A stretch of DNA of 64,000 nucleotides from Escherichia coli (lineage in GTDB: Bacteria > Pseudomonadota > Gammaproteobacteria > Enterobacterales > Enterobacteriaceae): the NCBI RefSeq assembly GCF_045037415.1, contig NZ_CP173438.1. One strand, given 5' to 3'. The notes under the pieces are model-generated. The model did no database searches and had not been told where the DNA came from. It worked only from the letters and a program-made list of their open reading frames with translations. A program made the position numbers and the translations under genes. Shown here piece after piece: positions 11,814-22,753 of the stretch (within the stretch, counting starts at the first letter, position 1; the number at the start of each line of letters is the position of its first letter).

Positions 11814-13454
11814 TTACGCGTTTTTCAGAACTTCGCTAACAATTTCAACCGCTTCTTTCTCAATCTGCTTGCGATGTTCTTCACCAAGGAAGCTTTCGCA
11901 GTAGATCTTATATGCGTCTTCCGTGCCTGACGGACGCGCGGCGAACCAGCCGTTGTCAGTCATCACTTTCAGACCGCCGATAGAAGCGCCATTACCCGGT
12001 GCCGCCGTCAGACGCGCGGTGATCGGGTCACCTGCCAGGGTGCTGGCGCTCACCATTTCCGGAGACAGCTTAGACAACGCCGCTTTTTGTGCGGAAGTCG
12101 CTGCTGCCTGCAAACGGTTATAGCTCGGCGCACCAAAGCGTTTTGCCAGTTCGTTATAGTGTTCCTGCGGGTTCTTACCGGTGACAGCGGTGATTTCCGC
12201 CGCCAGCAGACACATAATGATGCCGTCTTTATCGGTGGACCACGGCGTGCCGTCGAAACGCAGGAAGGAAGCCCCTGCGCTCTCTTCGCCGCCAAAGCCG
12301 AAGCTGCCGTCGAACAGACCATCAACAAACCATTTGAAACCTACCGGGACTTCTACCAGCTTACGGCCCAAGTCATTGACCACACGGTCGATCATCGCAG
12401 ATGAAACCAGCGTTTTACCGACAGCAACATCTTTGCCCCACTGCGGACGATGCTGGAACAGGTAATTGATCGCCACCGCCAGGTAGTGGTTCGGATTCAT
12501 CAAACCTGCCGGAGTGACGATACCGTGACGGTCATAATCCGGGTCGTTAGCAAACGCCAGATCGAACTTATCACGCAGTGCCAGCAGGCCCGCCATCGCA
12601 CACTCGGAGGAGCAGTCCATACGGATCGCGCCGTCTTTATCAAGGTGCATAAAGCGGAAGGTTTGATCGACCTGATCGTTAACAATAGTCAGGTTGAGGT
12701 TGTAATACTCGCCAATACGCTTCCAGTATTCGATACCGGAACCGCCCAGCGGATCAACGCCAAGCGTCAGGCCCGCTTTCTGAATCGCCGCCATATCAAC
12801 GATATCGGCCAGCCCTTCCACAAACGGCTGCACCAGATCCTGCTCTTTCACATGACCGGATGCCATCGCTTCGTCGAGGGAGATACGCTTCACGCCTTTC
12901 AGGCCATCAGCCAGCAGTGCGTTTGCTCTGTCTTCCACCACTTTAGTGACGTTGGTATCAGCCGGGCCACCATTTGGCGGATTGTACTTGATACCACCAT
13001 CTTCCGGCGGGTTATGGGACGGTGTAATCACGATACCGTCTGCCAGCGGGCCACCTTTTTTATTGTGAACCAGAATGGCATTGGAAATGGCAGGTGTCGG
13101 AGTGAAGCCATTGTTTTCCTGCACAATGACATCAACGCCGTTCGCTGCCAGCACTTCCAGTACGGAAATGAACGCAGGCTCGGACAGGGCGTGAGTATCT
13201 TTACCCACATAGCAAGGGCCAGTGATGCCGTTTTTCGCACGTTCTTCAGCAATTGCCTGAGCGATCGCCAGAATGTGCGGCTCGTTAAAGCTGTGGCGCG
13301 CTGCACTGCCACGGTGACCGGAAGTACCGAATTTCACCGCGTGCTCCGCATTCCCTGCTTCTGGTTTCAGTACATAATATTGCGCCGTCAGTTGGGCGAC
13401 GTTAATCAAATCACTCTGTTGTGCAGGTTGGCCTGCACGATTGTGGATTGCCAT
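11814..13454 (-). CDS. pgm: Phosphoglucomutase
   Basis: ORF 11814..13505 trimmed to internal ATG giving [10 protein letters not shown]..., 546 aa; phosphohexomutase motifs (TSGHRG). Confidence 0.9.
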   Translation of the reverse strand: MAIHNRAGQPAQQSDLINVAQLTAQYYVLKPEAGNAEHAVKFGTSGHRGSAARHSFNEPHILAIAQAIAEERAKNGITGPCYVGKDTHALSEPAFISVLEVLAANGVDVIVQENNGFTPTPAISNAILVHNKKGGPLADGIVITPSHNPPEDGGIKYNPPNGGPADTNVTKVVEDRANALLADGLKGVKRISLDEAMASGHVKEQDLVQPFVEGLADIVDMAAIQKAGLTLGVDPLGGSGIEYWKRIGEYYNLNLTIVNDQVDQTFRFMHLDKDGAIRMDCSSECAMAGLLALRDKFDLAFANDPDYDRHGIVTPAGLMNPNHYLAVAINYLFQHRPQWGKDVAVGKTLVSSAMIDRVVNDLGRKLVEVPVGFKWFVDGLFDGSFGFGGEESAGASFLRFDGTPWSTDKDGIIMCLLAAEITAVTGKNPQEHYNELAKRFGAPSYNRLQAAATSAQKAALSKLSPEMVSASTLAGDPITARLTAAPGNGASIGGLKVMTDNGWFAARPSGTEDAYKIYCESFLGEEHRKQIEKEAVEIVSEVLKNA

Positions 13455-13479
13455 TGCTTTGTCCTTTGTCTGCAACGTT

Positions 13480-14025
13480 TTAGATAGTTCCGCAAACCTT
13501 CTCAATCAATTCCGCCGGGAATTGCATCGACTGCATGATGTGTTCGATCATGCTGCATTTACGGCCGGTGTTGGTGTTGGTGATCACCCAATACGGCGTA
13601 CCAGGCACATGTTTCGGCTTGGTCTGATTACCATTTTTCAGCAGCGTTTGTTCATCTGCCGCAAAGTAAACGCGTGTACGACCGTGCAACGATTCCGTTG
13701 CTTCGGCAAACGCCTGGGCGTCAAGAGAATATAGTGTAGACAACAGCAGCATAAAGCGATTGACCGCTCGCTTTTGCTCTGCGTATTCGTCCGAAAGCAG
13801 AAGTTCACGCATTGCGCGAACCTTGTCTTTAATCGTTTTGACCGGCTTCGCTTCGACGATAGCAGGTGACGCAACGCGAACCTCTTTCGTCACCGGAGCA
13901 GCAGGCTGTGATGCGGCGGTAAATTTCAACATACGCCGTAAAATGTCGGATGCGCTCTCGCCGATATGCTTAGTGTGGCTGGCAATATAGCTGTAGAGTT
14001 CATCATCAACTTCAATCGTTTTCAT
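13480..14025 (-). CDS. seqA: Replication initiation negative regulator SeqA
   Basis: ORF 13480..14160 trimmed to [13 protein letters not shown]..., 181 aa. Confidence 0.9.
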   Translation of the reverse strand: MKTIEVDDELYSYIASHTKHIGESASDILRRMLKFTAASQPAAPVTKEVRVASPAIVEAKPVKTIKDKVRAMRELLLSDEYAEQKRAVNRFMLLLSTLYSLDAQAFAEATESLHGRTRVYFAADEQTLLKNGNQTKPKHVPGTPYWVITNTNTGRKCSMIEHIMQSMQFPAELIEKVCGTI

Positions 14026-14209
14026 CTTAATCCAGTGCAGTGTCTTAGCTGAATACAAGTCGCCAGGAGTATATGAATAAATCCCGGCAGCGGATAGCGT
14101 CAAGCCTGGCTTGCAGAAAAACTCGGAATAAACCTTATTTGTTGCAGCCCTGTGGCACAATGGTCAACATAATACCCTAACCCGACAACGCGAAAAAAAG
14201 AACTTTGCC

Positions 14210-14974
14210 ATGAAATTGAATATCCGCGCGCAAACTGCACAAAACCAGCACAATAATTCTCCCATCGTTCTTGTCCATGGTCTGTTTGGCAGCCTCGACA
14301 ACCTTGGCGTACTGGCTCGCGATCTGGTAAACGATCACAATATCATCCAGGTTGATATGCGTAACCACGGTCTTTCACCGAGAGATCCGGTAATGAATTA
14401 CCCGGCGATGGCGCAGGATCTTGTTGATACCCTGGATGCACAGCAGATCGACAAAGCAACATTTATCGGTCACTCCATGGGCGGTAAAGCGGTAATGGCT
14501 CTTACTGCACTAGCCCCTGATCGCATTGACAAGCTGGTGGCGATTGATATTGCGCCGGTCGATTATCACGTTCGCCGTCATGATGAGATTTTCGCGGCCA
14601 TCAACGCAGTCAGTGAATCAGACGCACAAACACGCCAGCAAGCAGCGGCAATAATGCGCCAGCATCTTAATGAAGAAGGGGTGATTCAGTTTCTGTTGAA
14701 ATCTTTTGTTGACGGGGAGTGGCGCTTTAACGTGCCAGTATTGTGGGATCAGTATCCGCATATTGTGGGTTGGGAGAAAATCCCGGCATGGGATCATCCT
14801 ACCCTGTTTATCCCTGGCGGCAATTCTCCGTATGTTAGCGAGCAGTACCGTGATGATTTACTGGCACAATTTCCACAGGCTCGGGCGCATGTGATTGCAG
14901 GCGCGGGTCACTGGGTCCATGCTGAAAAACCGGATGCGGTATTACGCGCTATCCGTCGCTATCTCAATGATTAA
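14210..14974 (+). CDS. ybfF: Alpha/beta-hydrolase esterase YbfF
   Basis: 254 aa; GHSMGG nucleophile elbow. Confidence 0.9.
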   Translation: MKLNIRAQTAQNQHNNSPIVLVHGLFGSLDNLGVLARDLVNDHNIIQVDMRNHGLSPRDPVMNYPAMAQDLVDTLDAQQIDKATFIGHSMGGKAVMALTALAPDRIDKLVAIDIAPVDYHVRRHDEIFAAINAVSESDAQTRQQAAAIMRQHLNEEGVIQFLLKSFVDGEWRFNVPVLWDQYPHIVGWEKIPAWDHPTLFIPGGNSPYVSEQYRDDLLAQFPQARAHVIAGAGHWVHAEKPDAVLRAIRRYLND

Positions 14975-15113
14975 CGCAACTGATTAAAAACCCAGCGTCC
15001 GCGTCGCTTTCCGCGCGTGGACGTTGGCGTGACTCATCGCGCTGATGTATTATGGCGCGCTATCCATCCGGGCAGAGGCCTGGCTGATTGTTTCCCCCGA
15101 AGTCACCAAGATC

Positions 15114-15407
15114 ATGGCCAAAGAACAAACGGACCGTACGACATTAGATCTGTTCGCGCACGAGCGTCGACCGGGACGACCGAAAACTAATCCGCTTTCG
15201 CGCGATGAACAGCTGCGTATTAATAAACGCAACCAACTAAAACGCGACAAAGTACGTGGCCTTAAGCGTGTCGAACTGAAGCTGAACGCGGAAGCTGTCG
15301 AGGCGCTGAACGAGCTGGCGGAATCGCGTAATATGAGCCGTAGCGAACTGATCGAAGAGATGTTAATGCAGCAACTGGCGGCGCTGCGTAGTCAGGGCAT
15401 CGTTTAA
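15114..15407 (+). CDS. ybfE: CopG/RHH-like small protein YbfE
   Basis: 97 aa from [10 protein letters not shown]...; an upstream in-frame ATG at 15045 would give 120 aa. Confidence 0.75.
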   Translation: MAKEQTDRTTLDLFAHERRPGRPKTNPLSRDEQLRINKRNQLKRDKVRGLKRVELKLNAEAVEALNELAESRNMSRSELIEEMLMQQLAALRSQGIV

Positions 15408-15546
15408 ATTTCCACTTTCATGTAGCACAGTGTGCAGTCCTGCTCGTTTGCTGATTCCGCAAGACTGCCTGTTCTGCTATGATTGCCTTTATCCGTGGGC
15501 AATTTTCCACCCCCATTTCAATAAGTTTCAAGAGGTTATTTCACTC

Positions 15547-16077
15547 ATGGCTATCACTGGCATCTTTTTCGGCAGCGACACCGGTAATACCGAAAATATC
15601 GCAAAAATGATTCAAAAACAGCTTGGTAAAGACGTTGCCGATGTCCATGACATTGCAAAAAGCAGCAAAGAAGATCTGGAAGCATATGACATTCTGCTGC
15701 TGGGCATCCCAACCTGGTATTACGGCGAAGCGCAGTGTGACTGGGATGACTTCTTCCCGACTCTCGAAGAGATTGATTTTAATGGTAAACTGGTTGCGCT
15801 GTTTGGTTGTGGCGACCAGGAAGATTACGCAGAATACTTCTGCGATGCATTGGGCACCATCCGCGACATCATTGAACCGCGCGGCGCAACTATCGTTGGT
15901 CACTGGCCAACCGCGGGCTACCACTTCGAAGCGTCAAAAGGTCTGGCTGATGATGACCACTTTGTCGGTCTGGCTATCGACGAAGATCGTCAGCCGGAAC
16001 TGACCGCTGAACGTGTAGAAAAATGGGTTAAACAAATTTCTGAAGAGCTGCATCTCGACGAAATTCTCAATGCCTGA
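15547..16077 (+). CDS. fldA: Flavodoxin 1
   Basis: ORF 15430..16077 trimmed to [16 protein letters not shown]..., 176 aa flavodoxin signature. Confidence 0.9.
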
Positions 16078-16083
16078 TGTGAT

Positions 16084-16110
16084 GCGGCGTAGACTCATGT
16101 CTACGCCGTA
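16084..16110 (+). terminator. Hairpin downstream of fldA
   Basis: Inverted repeat gcggcgtagac...gtctacgccg; weak T-tract. Confidence 0.35.
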
Positions 16111-16282
16111 TTAATAGATAATGCCAATCAAAATAATTGCTACAAATTTGTAACTTTTGCTGTTGTACCTGTACAATGTCCCGGTGTTCAAGTGGCCTTG
16201 CCGTTGTAAATGTAAGCTGTGCCACGTTTTTATTAACAATATTTGCCAGGGACTTGTAGTTTTCATTTAGGCGTGGCAATTC

Positions 16283-16301
16283 TATAATGATACGCATTAT
16301 C
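16283..16301 (+). promoter_or_regulatory. Fur box in the uof-fur promoter
   Basis: tataatgatacgcattatc resembles the Fur consensus GATAATGATAATCATTATC; overlaps the uof start. Confidence 0.6.
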
Positions 16302-16373
16302 TCAAGAGCAAATTCTGTCACTTCTTCTAATGAAGTGAACCGCTTAGTAACAGGACAGATTCCGCATGACTGA
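16287..16373 (+). CDS. uof: Upstream-of-fur leader ORF, 28 codons
   Basis: atg at 16287 gives MIRIISRANSVTSSNEVNRLVTGQIPHD; its stop overlaps the fur ATG (atgactga). Confidence 0.75.
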   Translation: MIRIISRANSVTSSNEVNRLVTGQIPHD

Positions 16374-16812
16374 TAACAATACCGCCCTAAAGAAAGCTGG
16401 CCTGAAAGTAACGCTTCCTCGTTTAAAAATCCTGGAAGTTCTTCAGGAGCCGGACAACCATCACGTCAGTGCGGAAGATTTATACAAACGTCTGATCGAT
16501 ATGGGTGAAGAAATTGGTCTGGCTACGGTATATCGCGTACTGAACCAGTTTGACGACGCTGGTATCGTCACCCGCCACAATTTTGAAGGCGGTAAATCCG
16601 TATTTGAACTGACACAGCAACATCACCACGATCACCTGATCTGCCTCGACTGCGGTAAGGTTATCGAATTTAGTGATGATTCCATCGAAGCGCGTCAGCG
16701 TGAAATCGCCGCAAAACATGGCATTCGCCTGACTAACCACAGTCTCTATCTTTACGGTCACTGTGCCGAAGGCGATTGCCGCGAAGATGAGCACGCGCAC
16801 GAAGGCAAATAA
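16366..16812 (+). CDS. fur: Ferric uptake regulator
   Basis: 148 aa; HHDH and CxxC metal-binding motifs. Confidence 0.95.
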   Translation: MTDNNTALKKAGLKVTLPRLKILEVLQEPDNHHVSAEDLYKRLIDMGEEIGLATVYRVLNQFDDAGIVTRHNFEGGKSVFELTQQHHHDHLICLDCGKVIEFSDDSIEARQREIAAKHGIRLTNHSLYLYGHCAEGDCREDEHAHEGK

Positions 16813-16827
16813 GCCAGCCTGAACGAG

Positions 16828-16856
16828 AAAAGCCAACCTGCAGGTTGGCTTTTTTA
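16828..16856. terminator. Bidirectional terminator between fur and chiQ
   Basis: agccaacc-tgca-ggttggct followed by tttttt, A-run upstream. Confidence 0.6.
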
Positions 16857-16895
16857 TACAAGGGAAATAAGAAAAGCGAGAGTTACAGCTCTCAC

Positions 16896-17222
16896 TTATT
16901 TGTTATTACTGCGAATTTCCTGCCAGACCTTATCACAATCGGCTTTCACCGCCTGATCATTTCCGGTTTGCGTTGCCTGAATGCACTGCTGATAATCCAG
17001 TACGCGGACACTTTCCTGCTCGGCAAACTGCTGATGTTGTTTCTCTTTCTTCAGCACGTTTAACACGCTCTGGCAGGCTTCAATTTTTTCCGGCGAACCT
17101 TGCGCGGTGTTGATACAGGCGCTGTAAGCCTCTTTCAGACGACTGTCTTCCTGTGGCGCGGTTGATTGCGCACAAGCCACCAGCCCCGATGCCATCATGG
17201 CGATGAGAATCAGTTTTTTCAT
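16896..17222 (-). CDS. chiQ: Lipoprotein ChiQ (YbfN)
   Basis: 108 aa; signal peptide with lipobox LVAC; directly downstream of chiP. Confidence 0.85.
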   Translation of the reverse strand: MKKLILIAMMASGLVACAQSTAPQEDSRLKEAYSACINTAQGSPEKIEACQSVLNVLKKEKQHQQFAEQESVRVLDYQQCIQATQTGNDQAVKADCDKVWQEIRSNNK

Positions 17223-17271
17223 AGCAAATTCCTCAAACGTGCGGCAGGCACAAAACCTGCCGCATCGGGCA

Positions 17272-18678
17272 TCAGAAGATGGTGAATGGTGCGATTACCA
17301 TAAATTTCACGTCACGCTCATCCTGGAAGATGTTGCCATAACCACCGCCCCAGCTTGGGATGTCGGAGTGGTTGTCGTATTCGGTGAAGTGCAGTTTGAA
17401 CATCGTGCCTTTGGCGCGGCCGTCCTGAATGGTGTAGACCGCATCCAGGCTGTAGGCAGACTCTTCAATAGTCCGGTTTTTGTCGTAGTACGCATCCGGA
17501 TTGCTCTGCCAGGTAGCGGGTTTAGCATCCCATGCGTAAACGTAGGAGGCGCCGATGGCAAAACCTGGAAGATTCCAGTTTTTCAGGTCATACATCGCGC
17601 CGAAGAAGACCGCTTTTTCGCCGTTGGCGTTGAAGTCAGAACGGTTATCCCACCAGATATCCAGGCGACCGTTCGAGGAAGCGTAGGTTGGTGTCATACG
17701 TTGCAGGAAGTATCCCTGCTGACCGTCGGCTTTAACCCAGGTGCCTTCCAGACGCAAATCCACTACGTCAGCCGCCCGGTAACCAAAGGTCAACGCCTGC
17801 AGCCAGGCGGTGCCGTCATAAAGATCGTTGGCGCTGCGATCGTCAACTTTATCGCGCGTGCCATAGAACTGGTAGCTGGTGGTTAACGGGCTACCGGCGA
17901 TATCAAATTTGTAGCTGGCTTTGGCAAAATATTGATCGATATACCCTTCGGCCTGACCAAACGCCGCTTCCAGTACGAAGTTATTTTTGAAGTCGTACTT
18001 CGCCCCAAGGGAGTGTAGATAATCAACTTTGGTGGTTTTATCGTTCTGATAAAACTCATCCATTTCCAGATGCCACGGTGCTTTGTATTCGTTGGTCCAC
18101 ATGTAGGAGAAACTCAACGCACCAGCATCGCCGTAATCAAAATTCGCCCCGGCCTCCGCCCCCTGATAAGTACCCGGCATAAAGCTCCAGTGTGGCGCTA
18201 ACAGCGTCTGACCGGTTGGCTGAATATAACCTGCCCTCGCCCAAACCGGACCGTATTTAAATTTGGCCGCTGCTTTATACAGGCTTATACCGCTTTTATC
18301 GCCGGACCAGTCTTCGTCATAGGCTTTATTACTTTTTGAAAACGCGATTTCGTTCGGGTGAGAGCTGTCGCCGTTTTCCGCCATTTCAATCGCCGTAAAC
18401 GCGGCAATATCAAGGCCGAACATATCAGCAGCATAACCAGACTGAAAATCGAGGTTGGCGTTCCAGGTGGAGTGAGAAAGGTTGGTTTTGTATTTATCGC
18501 CGTCGGTAACATCTTTACGGTCGCGTTCACGCTGCCAGTAATAGATACCGCCGGTTAAGGTTGAATCGTCGATGAATCCTTCGGCGCGAGCCTCCGGAAT
18601 TGCCATAAAGCCCGACATAGCTGTAACACCGGCGATAGCCAGCGCCAGCGTACTACGTTTGCCACTAAACGCACGCAT
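17272..18678 (-). CDS. chiP: Chitoporin (OprD-family outer-membrane porin)
   Basis: 468 aa; signal peptide; C-terminal aromatic residue (ends ...PFTIF). Confidence 0.9.
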   Translation of the reverse strand: MRAFSGKRSTLALAIAGVTAMSGFMAIPEARAEGFIDDSTLTGGIYYWQRERDRKDVTDGDKYKTNLSHSTWNANLDFQSGYAADMFGLDIAAFTAIEMAENGDSSHPNEIAFSKSNKAYDEDWSGDKSGISLYKAAAKFKYGPVWARAGYIQPTGQTLLAPHWSFMPGTYQGAEAGANFDYGDAGALSFSYMWTNEYKAPWHLEMDEFYQNDKTTKVDYLHSLGAKYDFKNNFVLEAAFGQAEGYIDQYFAKASYKFDIAGSPLTTSYQFYGTRDKVDDRSANDLYDGTAWLQALTFGYRAADVVDLRLEGTWVKADGQQGYFLQRMTPTYASSNGRLDIWWDNRSDFNANGEKAVFFGAMYDLKNWNLPGFAIGASYVYAWDAKPATWQSNPDAYYDKNRTIEESAYSLDAVYTIQDGRAKGTMFKLHFTEYDNHSDIPSWGGGYGNIFQDERDVKFMVIAPFTIF

Positions 18679-19030
18679 GGGTTAATCCTCTTTGACGTAT
18701 AAATTGCTGCACCAAAGGTGAACAGCGAAAAAAATAAAAATTAAAAAAGTAGCGTTGAGAAAAGTCTCGCTGACTACAGGAACAGACTATTTTTCGCGAC
18801 GCGAATTATCAATCTCTTTCTGTAACCAGAATGTAAGAACATGAGCAACCGCACATATTTTGATGATTTTTGTTACAAGGCTTAAGTTTGCAGTTGAAAG
18901 GCTTGCAGAAGAATAAAAACGTGAAATTCCAGCAAGATGAAAGCGGTTACATTTTATTTAATTATGTTTTGTGATTTTAAATTTATTTTATGGATAAATT
19001 GCGAAGCGGAATTAATTCGCGAAGAAAAGC
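18679..19030 (-). promoter_or_regulatory. chiP promoter and long 5' leader
   Basis: AT-rich 350 bp upstream of chiP; individual sites not mapped. Confidence 0.4.
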
Positions 19031-19060
19031 AGAAAAAAACGCCGCAGAGCGCGGCGTTTG
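19031..19060 (-). terminator. glnS intrinsic terminator
   Basis: Stem acgccgc...gcggcgt with T-run on the minus strand. Confidence 0.5.
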
Positions 19061-19080
19061 GGATAATTTGCATATTTCTT

Positions 19081-19110
19081 GCCGGATGCGGCGTAAACGC
19101 TCTATCCGAC
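19081..19110. repeat. REP (palindromic unit) element
   Basis: gccggatgcggcgtaaacgctctatccgac matches the REP consensus family. Confidence 0.5.
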
Positions 19111-19119
19111 AACGTAAAC

Positions 19120-20784
19120 TTACTCGCCTACTTTCGCCCAGGTATCACGCAGCCCAACGGTGCGGTTAAATACCGGTTTTTCCGCCGTAGAATGGCGGCT
19201 GTCGAGGCAGAAGTAACCTTCACGCTCAAACTGGAATGCTTTACCCGCAACCGCATCTTTCAGCGACGGTTCAGCAAAGCCCTGTTTGATCACCAGCGAT
19301 TCCGGGTTAATCACCGACAGGAAATCATCCGCAGCACCAGGGTTCGGCACGCTGAACAGACGGTCATACAAACGGATTTCAACCGGCAGCGCATGTGCCG
19401 CGCTCACCCAGTGAATAACACCTTTGACTTTACGACCATCTGCCGGATCTTTGCTTAAGGTGTCGGCGTCATAAGTACAGAAGATGGTGGTGATATTGCC
19501 TTCGGCATCTTTCTCCACGCGTTCTGCCTTAATGACGTAAGCATTACGCAGACGCACTTCTTTACCCAGCACCAGACGTTTGTACTGCTTGTTAGCTTCT
19601 TCGCGGAAATCGGCGCGATCGATCCAAATCTCACCGCTAAATGGCACCTGACGGCTGCCCATTTCCGGTTTATTCGGATGGTTCGGCATGGTAACCATTT
19701 CGCCTTCGCCCTGGTAGTTTTCGATAACCAGTTTCACCGGATCGATAACCGCCATTGCGCGCGGCGCATTTTCGTTGAGATCTTCACGGATGCAGGATTC
19801 CAGTGACGCCATCTCAATGGTGTTGTCCTGCTTGGTCACACCAATGCGTTTGCAGAACTCACGAATAGAAGCCGCAGTGTAACCACGACGACGCAGACCA
19901 GAAATGGTCGGCATACGCGGGTCATCCCAGCCTTCAACGTGCTTGTCGGTCACCAGCAGGTTCAGCTTACGCTTGGACATCACAGTGTATTCCAGATTCA
20001 GGCGCGAGAATTCGTACTGGCGCGGGTGAACAGGAATGGTGATGTTGTCCAGTACCCAGTCGTACAGACGACGGTTGTCCTGGAACTCAAGCGTACACAG
20101 AGAGTGCGTAATACCTTCCAGCGCATCGCTGATGCAGTGGGTGAAGTCGTACATCGGGTAGATGCACCACTTGTTGCCAGTCTGGTGGTGTTCAGCAAAC
20201 TTAATGCGGTACAGCACCGGATCGCGCATCACGATAAACGGCGAAGCCATGTCGATTTTCGCACGCAGGCAGGCTTTACCTTCTTCAAAACCGCCGGTAC
20301 GCATTTTCTCGAACAGCGCCAGGTTCTCTTCAACGCTGCGATCGCGGTACGGGCTGTTTTTACCCGGCTGCGTCAAGGTGCCGCGGTATTCGCGGATCTG
20401 TTCCGGCGTCAGTTCATCAACGTACGCCAGGCCTTTATTGATCAGTTCGATCGCATAGGCGTGGAGCTGATCAAAATAATCGGAGGAGTAACGGACGTTA
20501 CCAGACCAGTGAAAACCTAACCACTCTACGTCGTTTTTGATCGAATCGACATACTCGATATCTTCTTTTACCGGGTTAGTGTCGTCGAAACGCAGGTTGC
20601 ACTGGCCTTTATAGTCCTGGGCGATCCCGAAGTTCAGGCAGATAGATTTCGCATGGCCAATATGCAGATAGCCATTCGGCTCCGGCGGGAAACGGGTGTG
20701 TACTGTGGTGTGCTTACCACTGGCCAGATCTTCATCGATGATCTGACGGATAAAGTTAGTCGGGCGGGCTTCTGCCTCACTCAT
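19120..20784 (-). CDS. glnS: Glutaminyl-tRNA synthetase
   Basis: 554 aa; class I HIGH motif ([11 protein letters not shown]) and VMSKR (KMSKS-type). Confidence 0.95.
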   Translation of the reverse strand: MSEAEARPTNFIRQIIDEDLASGKHTTVHTRFPPEPNGYLHIGHAKSICLNFGIAQDYKGQCNLRFDDTNPVKEDIEYVDSIKNDVEWLGFHWSGNVRYSSDYFDQLHAYAIELINKGLAYVDELTPEQIREYRGTLTQPGKNSPYRDRSVEENLALFEKMRTGGFEEGKACLRAKIDMASPFIVMRDPVLYRIKFAEHHQTGNKWCIYPMYDFTHCISDALEGITHSLCTLEFQDNRRLYDWVLDNITIPVHPRQYEFSRLNLEYTVMSKRKLNLLVTDKHVEGWDDPRMPTISGLRRRGYTAASIREFCKRIGVTKQDNTIEMASLESCIREDLNENAPRAMAVIDPVKLVIENYQGEGEMVTMPNHPNKPEMGSRQVPFSGEIWIDRADFREEANKQYKRLVLGKEVRLRNAYVIKAERVEKDAEGNITTIFCTYDADTLSKDPADGRKVKGVIHWVSAAHALPVEIRLYDRLFSVPNPGAADDFLSVINPESLVIKQGFAEPSLKDAVAGKAFQFEREGYFCLDSRHSTAEKPVFNRTVGLRDTWAKVGE

Positions 20785-21003
20785 CGTGGATTCCTCAAAG
20801 CGTAAACAACGTATAACGGCGTATGATCTTATAAGCGGGACAGGCTGACAACTGTTAGTTAGCGAAAAAATGGTTTTGCGTAAGATATTGGGGCGTTTTC
20901 TGCGCTACTGCCAGCAGATCCTCGCGCTGGAAACGTAAGGCCAAACGTCGCCAGCCTGACGCATTTATTAAATTTCCGGATGAGCTGGCCGCAGAGTCGT
21001 AGA

Positions 21004-21765
21004 TTAGTCGGCTATGATTAAACGCGTCGACAAGGACGCAAGCGTTCTACGCGTCTGCCCATCAAGCTGACTATCCGTAATAATCTCTGTCAGTTCATTA
21101 AGATGCGCGATATTAAACAGCGACCATGAACCGTATTTTGAGCTGTCAGCCAGGAGAATTTTGCGCGAAGCATGCGCGATAAGATCGCGTTTTAGTGCGG
21201 CTTTCTCTTCCGTGGGTGCTGTAATACCCTTTTCAAGATCCCAGCTGTTACAGCTTAAAAATGCCACGTCCGGCCAGGTATTTTGCAGCAATTTACGACC
21301 ATGTTCGCCAATGCAGGACTGGCTGGAGTCGTCAATACGTCCGCCGATAATCGTCACTTCAATTTGCTTGAATTCAGCCAAAAAAAGCGCGATATGCAGG
21401 TCGCTTGTGATCACGCGAAGCGGTAAATGTGTAATCTGCCGCGCAAGTTCAATCATTGTCGTACCGGCATCAAGGACGACGGAATCCCCCGCTTTGACCA
21501 TTGACGCCGCTGCGCTGGCGATGGCATGTTTTTCCGCCAGGCTGCGCTGCATTTTCTCATGGGTAGTCGGTTGGGTAGGAATAAACCGGTTGAGAGTCAC
21601 ACCGCCGTGTGTACGGCTGATAACACCCTGCTCATCGAGTTTTATCAGGTCTCGACGAATCGTAGCCGGCGACGCATTGGTTACCGCCACCAGCTCATCT
21701 ACGGTGACCAGATTATGGCTTTTCAGGTAATCCATGATCTGCTCTAACCGGTTATATCCCTTCAT
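21004..21765 (-). CDS. DeoR-family transcriptional regulator
   Basis: 253 aa; N-terminal HTH ([20 protein letters not shown]), DeoR-type C-terminal sensor domain; start 1 nt after upstream stop. Confidence 0.85.
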   Translation of the reverse strand: MKGYNRLEQIMDYLKSHNLVTVDELVAVTNASPATIRRDLIKLDEQGVISRTHGGVTLNRFIPTQPTTHEKMQRSLAEKHAIASAAASMVKAGDSVVLDAGTTMIELARQITHLPLRVITSDLHIALFLAEFKQIEVTIIGGRIDDSSQSCIGEHGRKLLQNTWPDVAFLSCNSWDLEKGITAPTEEKAALKRDLIAHASRKILLADSSKYGSWSLFNIAHLNELTEIITDSQLDGQTRRTLASLSTRLIIAD

Positions 21766-21766
21766 T

Positions 21767-22753
21767 TTATTCTCGCGAAATCTGCATTGCTAACTGGATG
21801 GAAACTGCCATGCTCTCAGACTTGGCTTTTCCTGTCCAGGCAATATCAAACGCGGTGCCGTGGTCGGCAGAAGTGCGAATAAATGGCAACCCGGCGGTGA
21901 TATTCACCCCATCATAAAATCCAAGCAGTTTTAAAGGGATATGCCCCTGATCGTGGTACATAGCCACTACCATATCGAATAGCCCTTCATGGCATTGCAT
22001 AAACACGGTATCTGGCGGGCACGGGCCAGTAACATCAATATCTTCGGCCTGCATTGCTTCAATCGCAGGCGCGATAATCTCGATTTCCTCAGTGCCGAAT
22101 AAACCATGTTCCCCTGCATGTGGATTTACACCCGCCACGGCAATACGCGGACGCTCAATACCAACACGTTTCAGGAAGTGGTTCGCAACTCGAATAACCG
22201 TTTTGACCCTTTCACCATTCAAAGTATCCAGGAATTTACGCAGTGAGATGTGAGTCGAAATATGGATAACCTTGAGCTTCTCGGTATAGAGCACCATCGC
22301 GTACTCTTTGCTGCCGGTAAGATGGGCCAGCAATTCCGTATGCCCCGGATAGTTATGCCCGCCAAGATGCAGCGCTTCTTTATTCAGCGGCGCAGTGGCT
22401 ATGGCTTTCACCTCGCCTGATAAGGCCAGAGCCGTTGCACGTTTGATACAGCGATACGCTAAATCGCCTGCCACAGCCTGTACCACTCCGGGTGTCAGCG
22501 CATCGGGGTTAGCCAGCGGCTCATCCATCACGTTAATCACGCCGGGAGCAAAATGGGCGTCGCACACCTTTTGAATGACGCGTAACTCTGCCTGCGGCGT
22601 GATATTCATCGCCATAATACGTCGCAGCGTGCGCACACAGCCCACCACCACCACCGGGGCACCAGCAAGCCCGGCTTCGCTCAGGGATTTAATAATGATC
22701 TCCGGGCCAATACCCGCCGGATCGCCCATCGTTACCGCAATAATATTATTCAC
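21767..22753 (-). CDS. PdxA-family NAD-dependent dehydrogenase (PdxA2-like)
   Basis: 328 aa; [15 protein letters not shown] and [17 protein letters not shown] motifs; GTG start with gaggag RBS inside the kinase 3' end. Confidence 0.85.
   Translation of the reverse strand: MNNIIAVTMGDPAGIGPEIIIKSLSEAGLAGAPVVVVGCVRTLRRIMAMNITPQAELRVIQKVCDAHFAPGVINVMDEPLANPDALTPGVVQAVAGDLAYRCIKRATALALSGEVKAIATAPLNKEALHLGGHNYPGHTELLAHLTGSKEYAMVLYTEKLKVIHISTHISLRKFLDTLNGERVKTVIRVANHFLKRVGIERPRIAVAGVNPHAGEHGLFGTEEIEIIAPAIEAMQAEDIDVTGPCPPDTVFMQCHEGLFDMVVAMYHDQGHIPLKLLGFYDGVNITAGLPFIRTSADHGTAFDIAWTGKAKSESMAVSIQLAMQISRE

Noticed and set aside
12450-13487. 345-aa plus-strand ORF
   Set aside because: Antisense to pgm; no recognisable domain; shadow ORF.
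15045-15113. N-terminal extension of ybfE (120 aa), and similar ORF-track extensions for fldA, seqA, pgm, asnB, gltI, rihA and leuS
   Set aside because: The extensions precede the conserved N-termini; the internal ATGs match the lengths I recall for these proteins.
14975-15113. Possible LexA box upstream of ybfE
   Set aside because: I looked for CTGT-N8-ACAG and found only ctgatgtattatggcg, which lacks the right half-site.
17197-17886. 229-aa plus-strand ORF
   Set aside because: Antisense to chiP and overlapping the chiQ start; shadow ORF.
18937-19458. 173-aa plus-strand ORF spanning the chiP upstream region and the glnS 3' end
   Set aside because: Crosses a terminator and a REP element and runs antisense into glnS; no RBS or homology signal.
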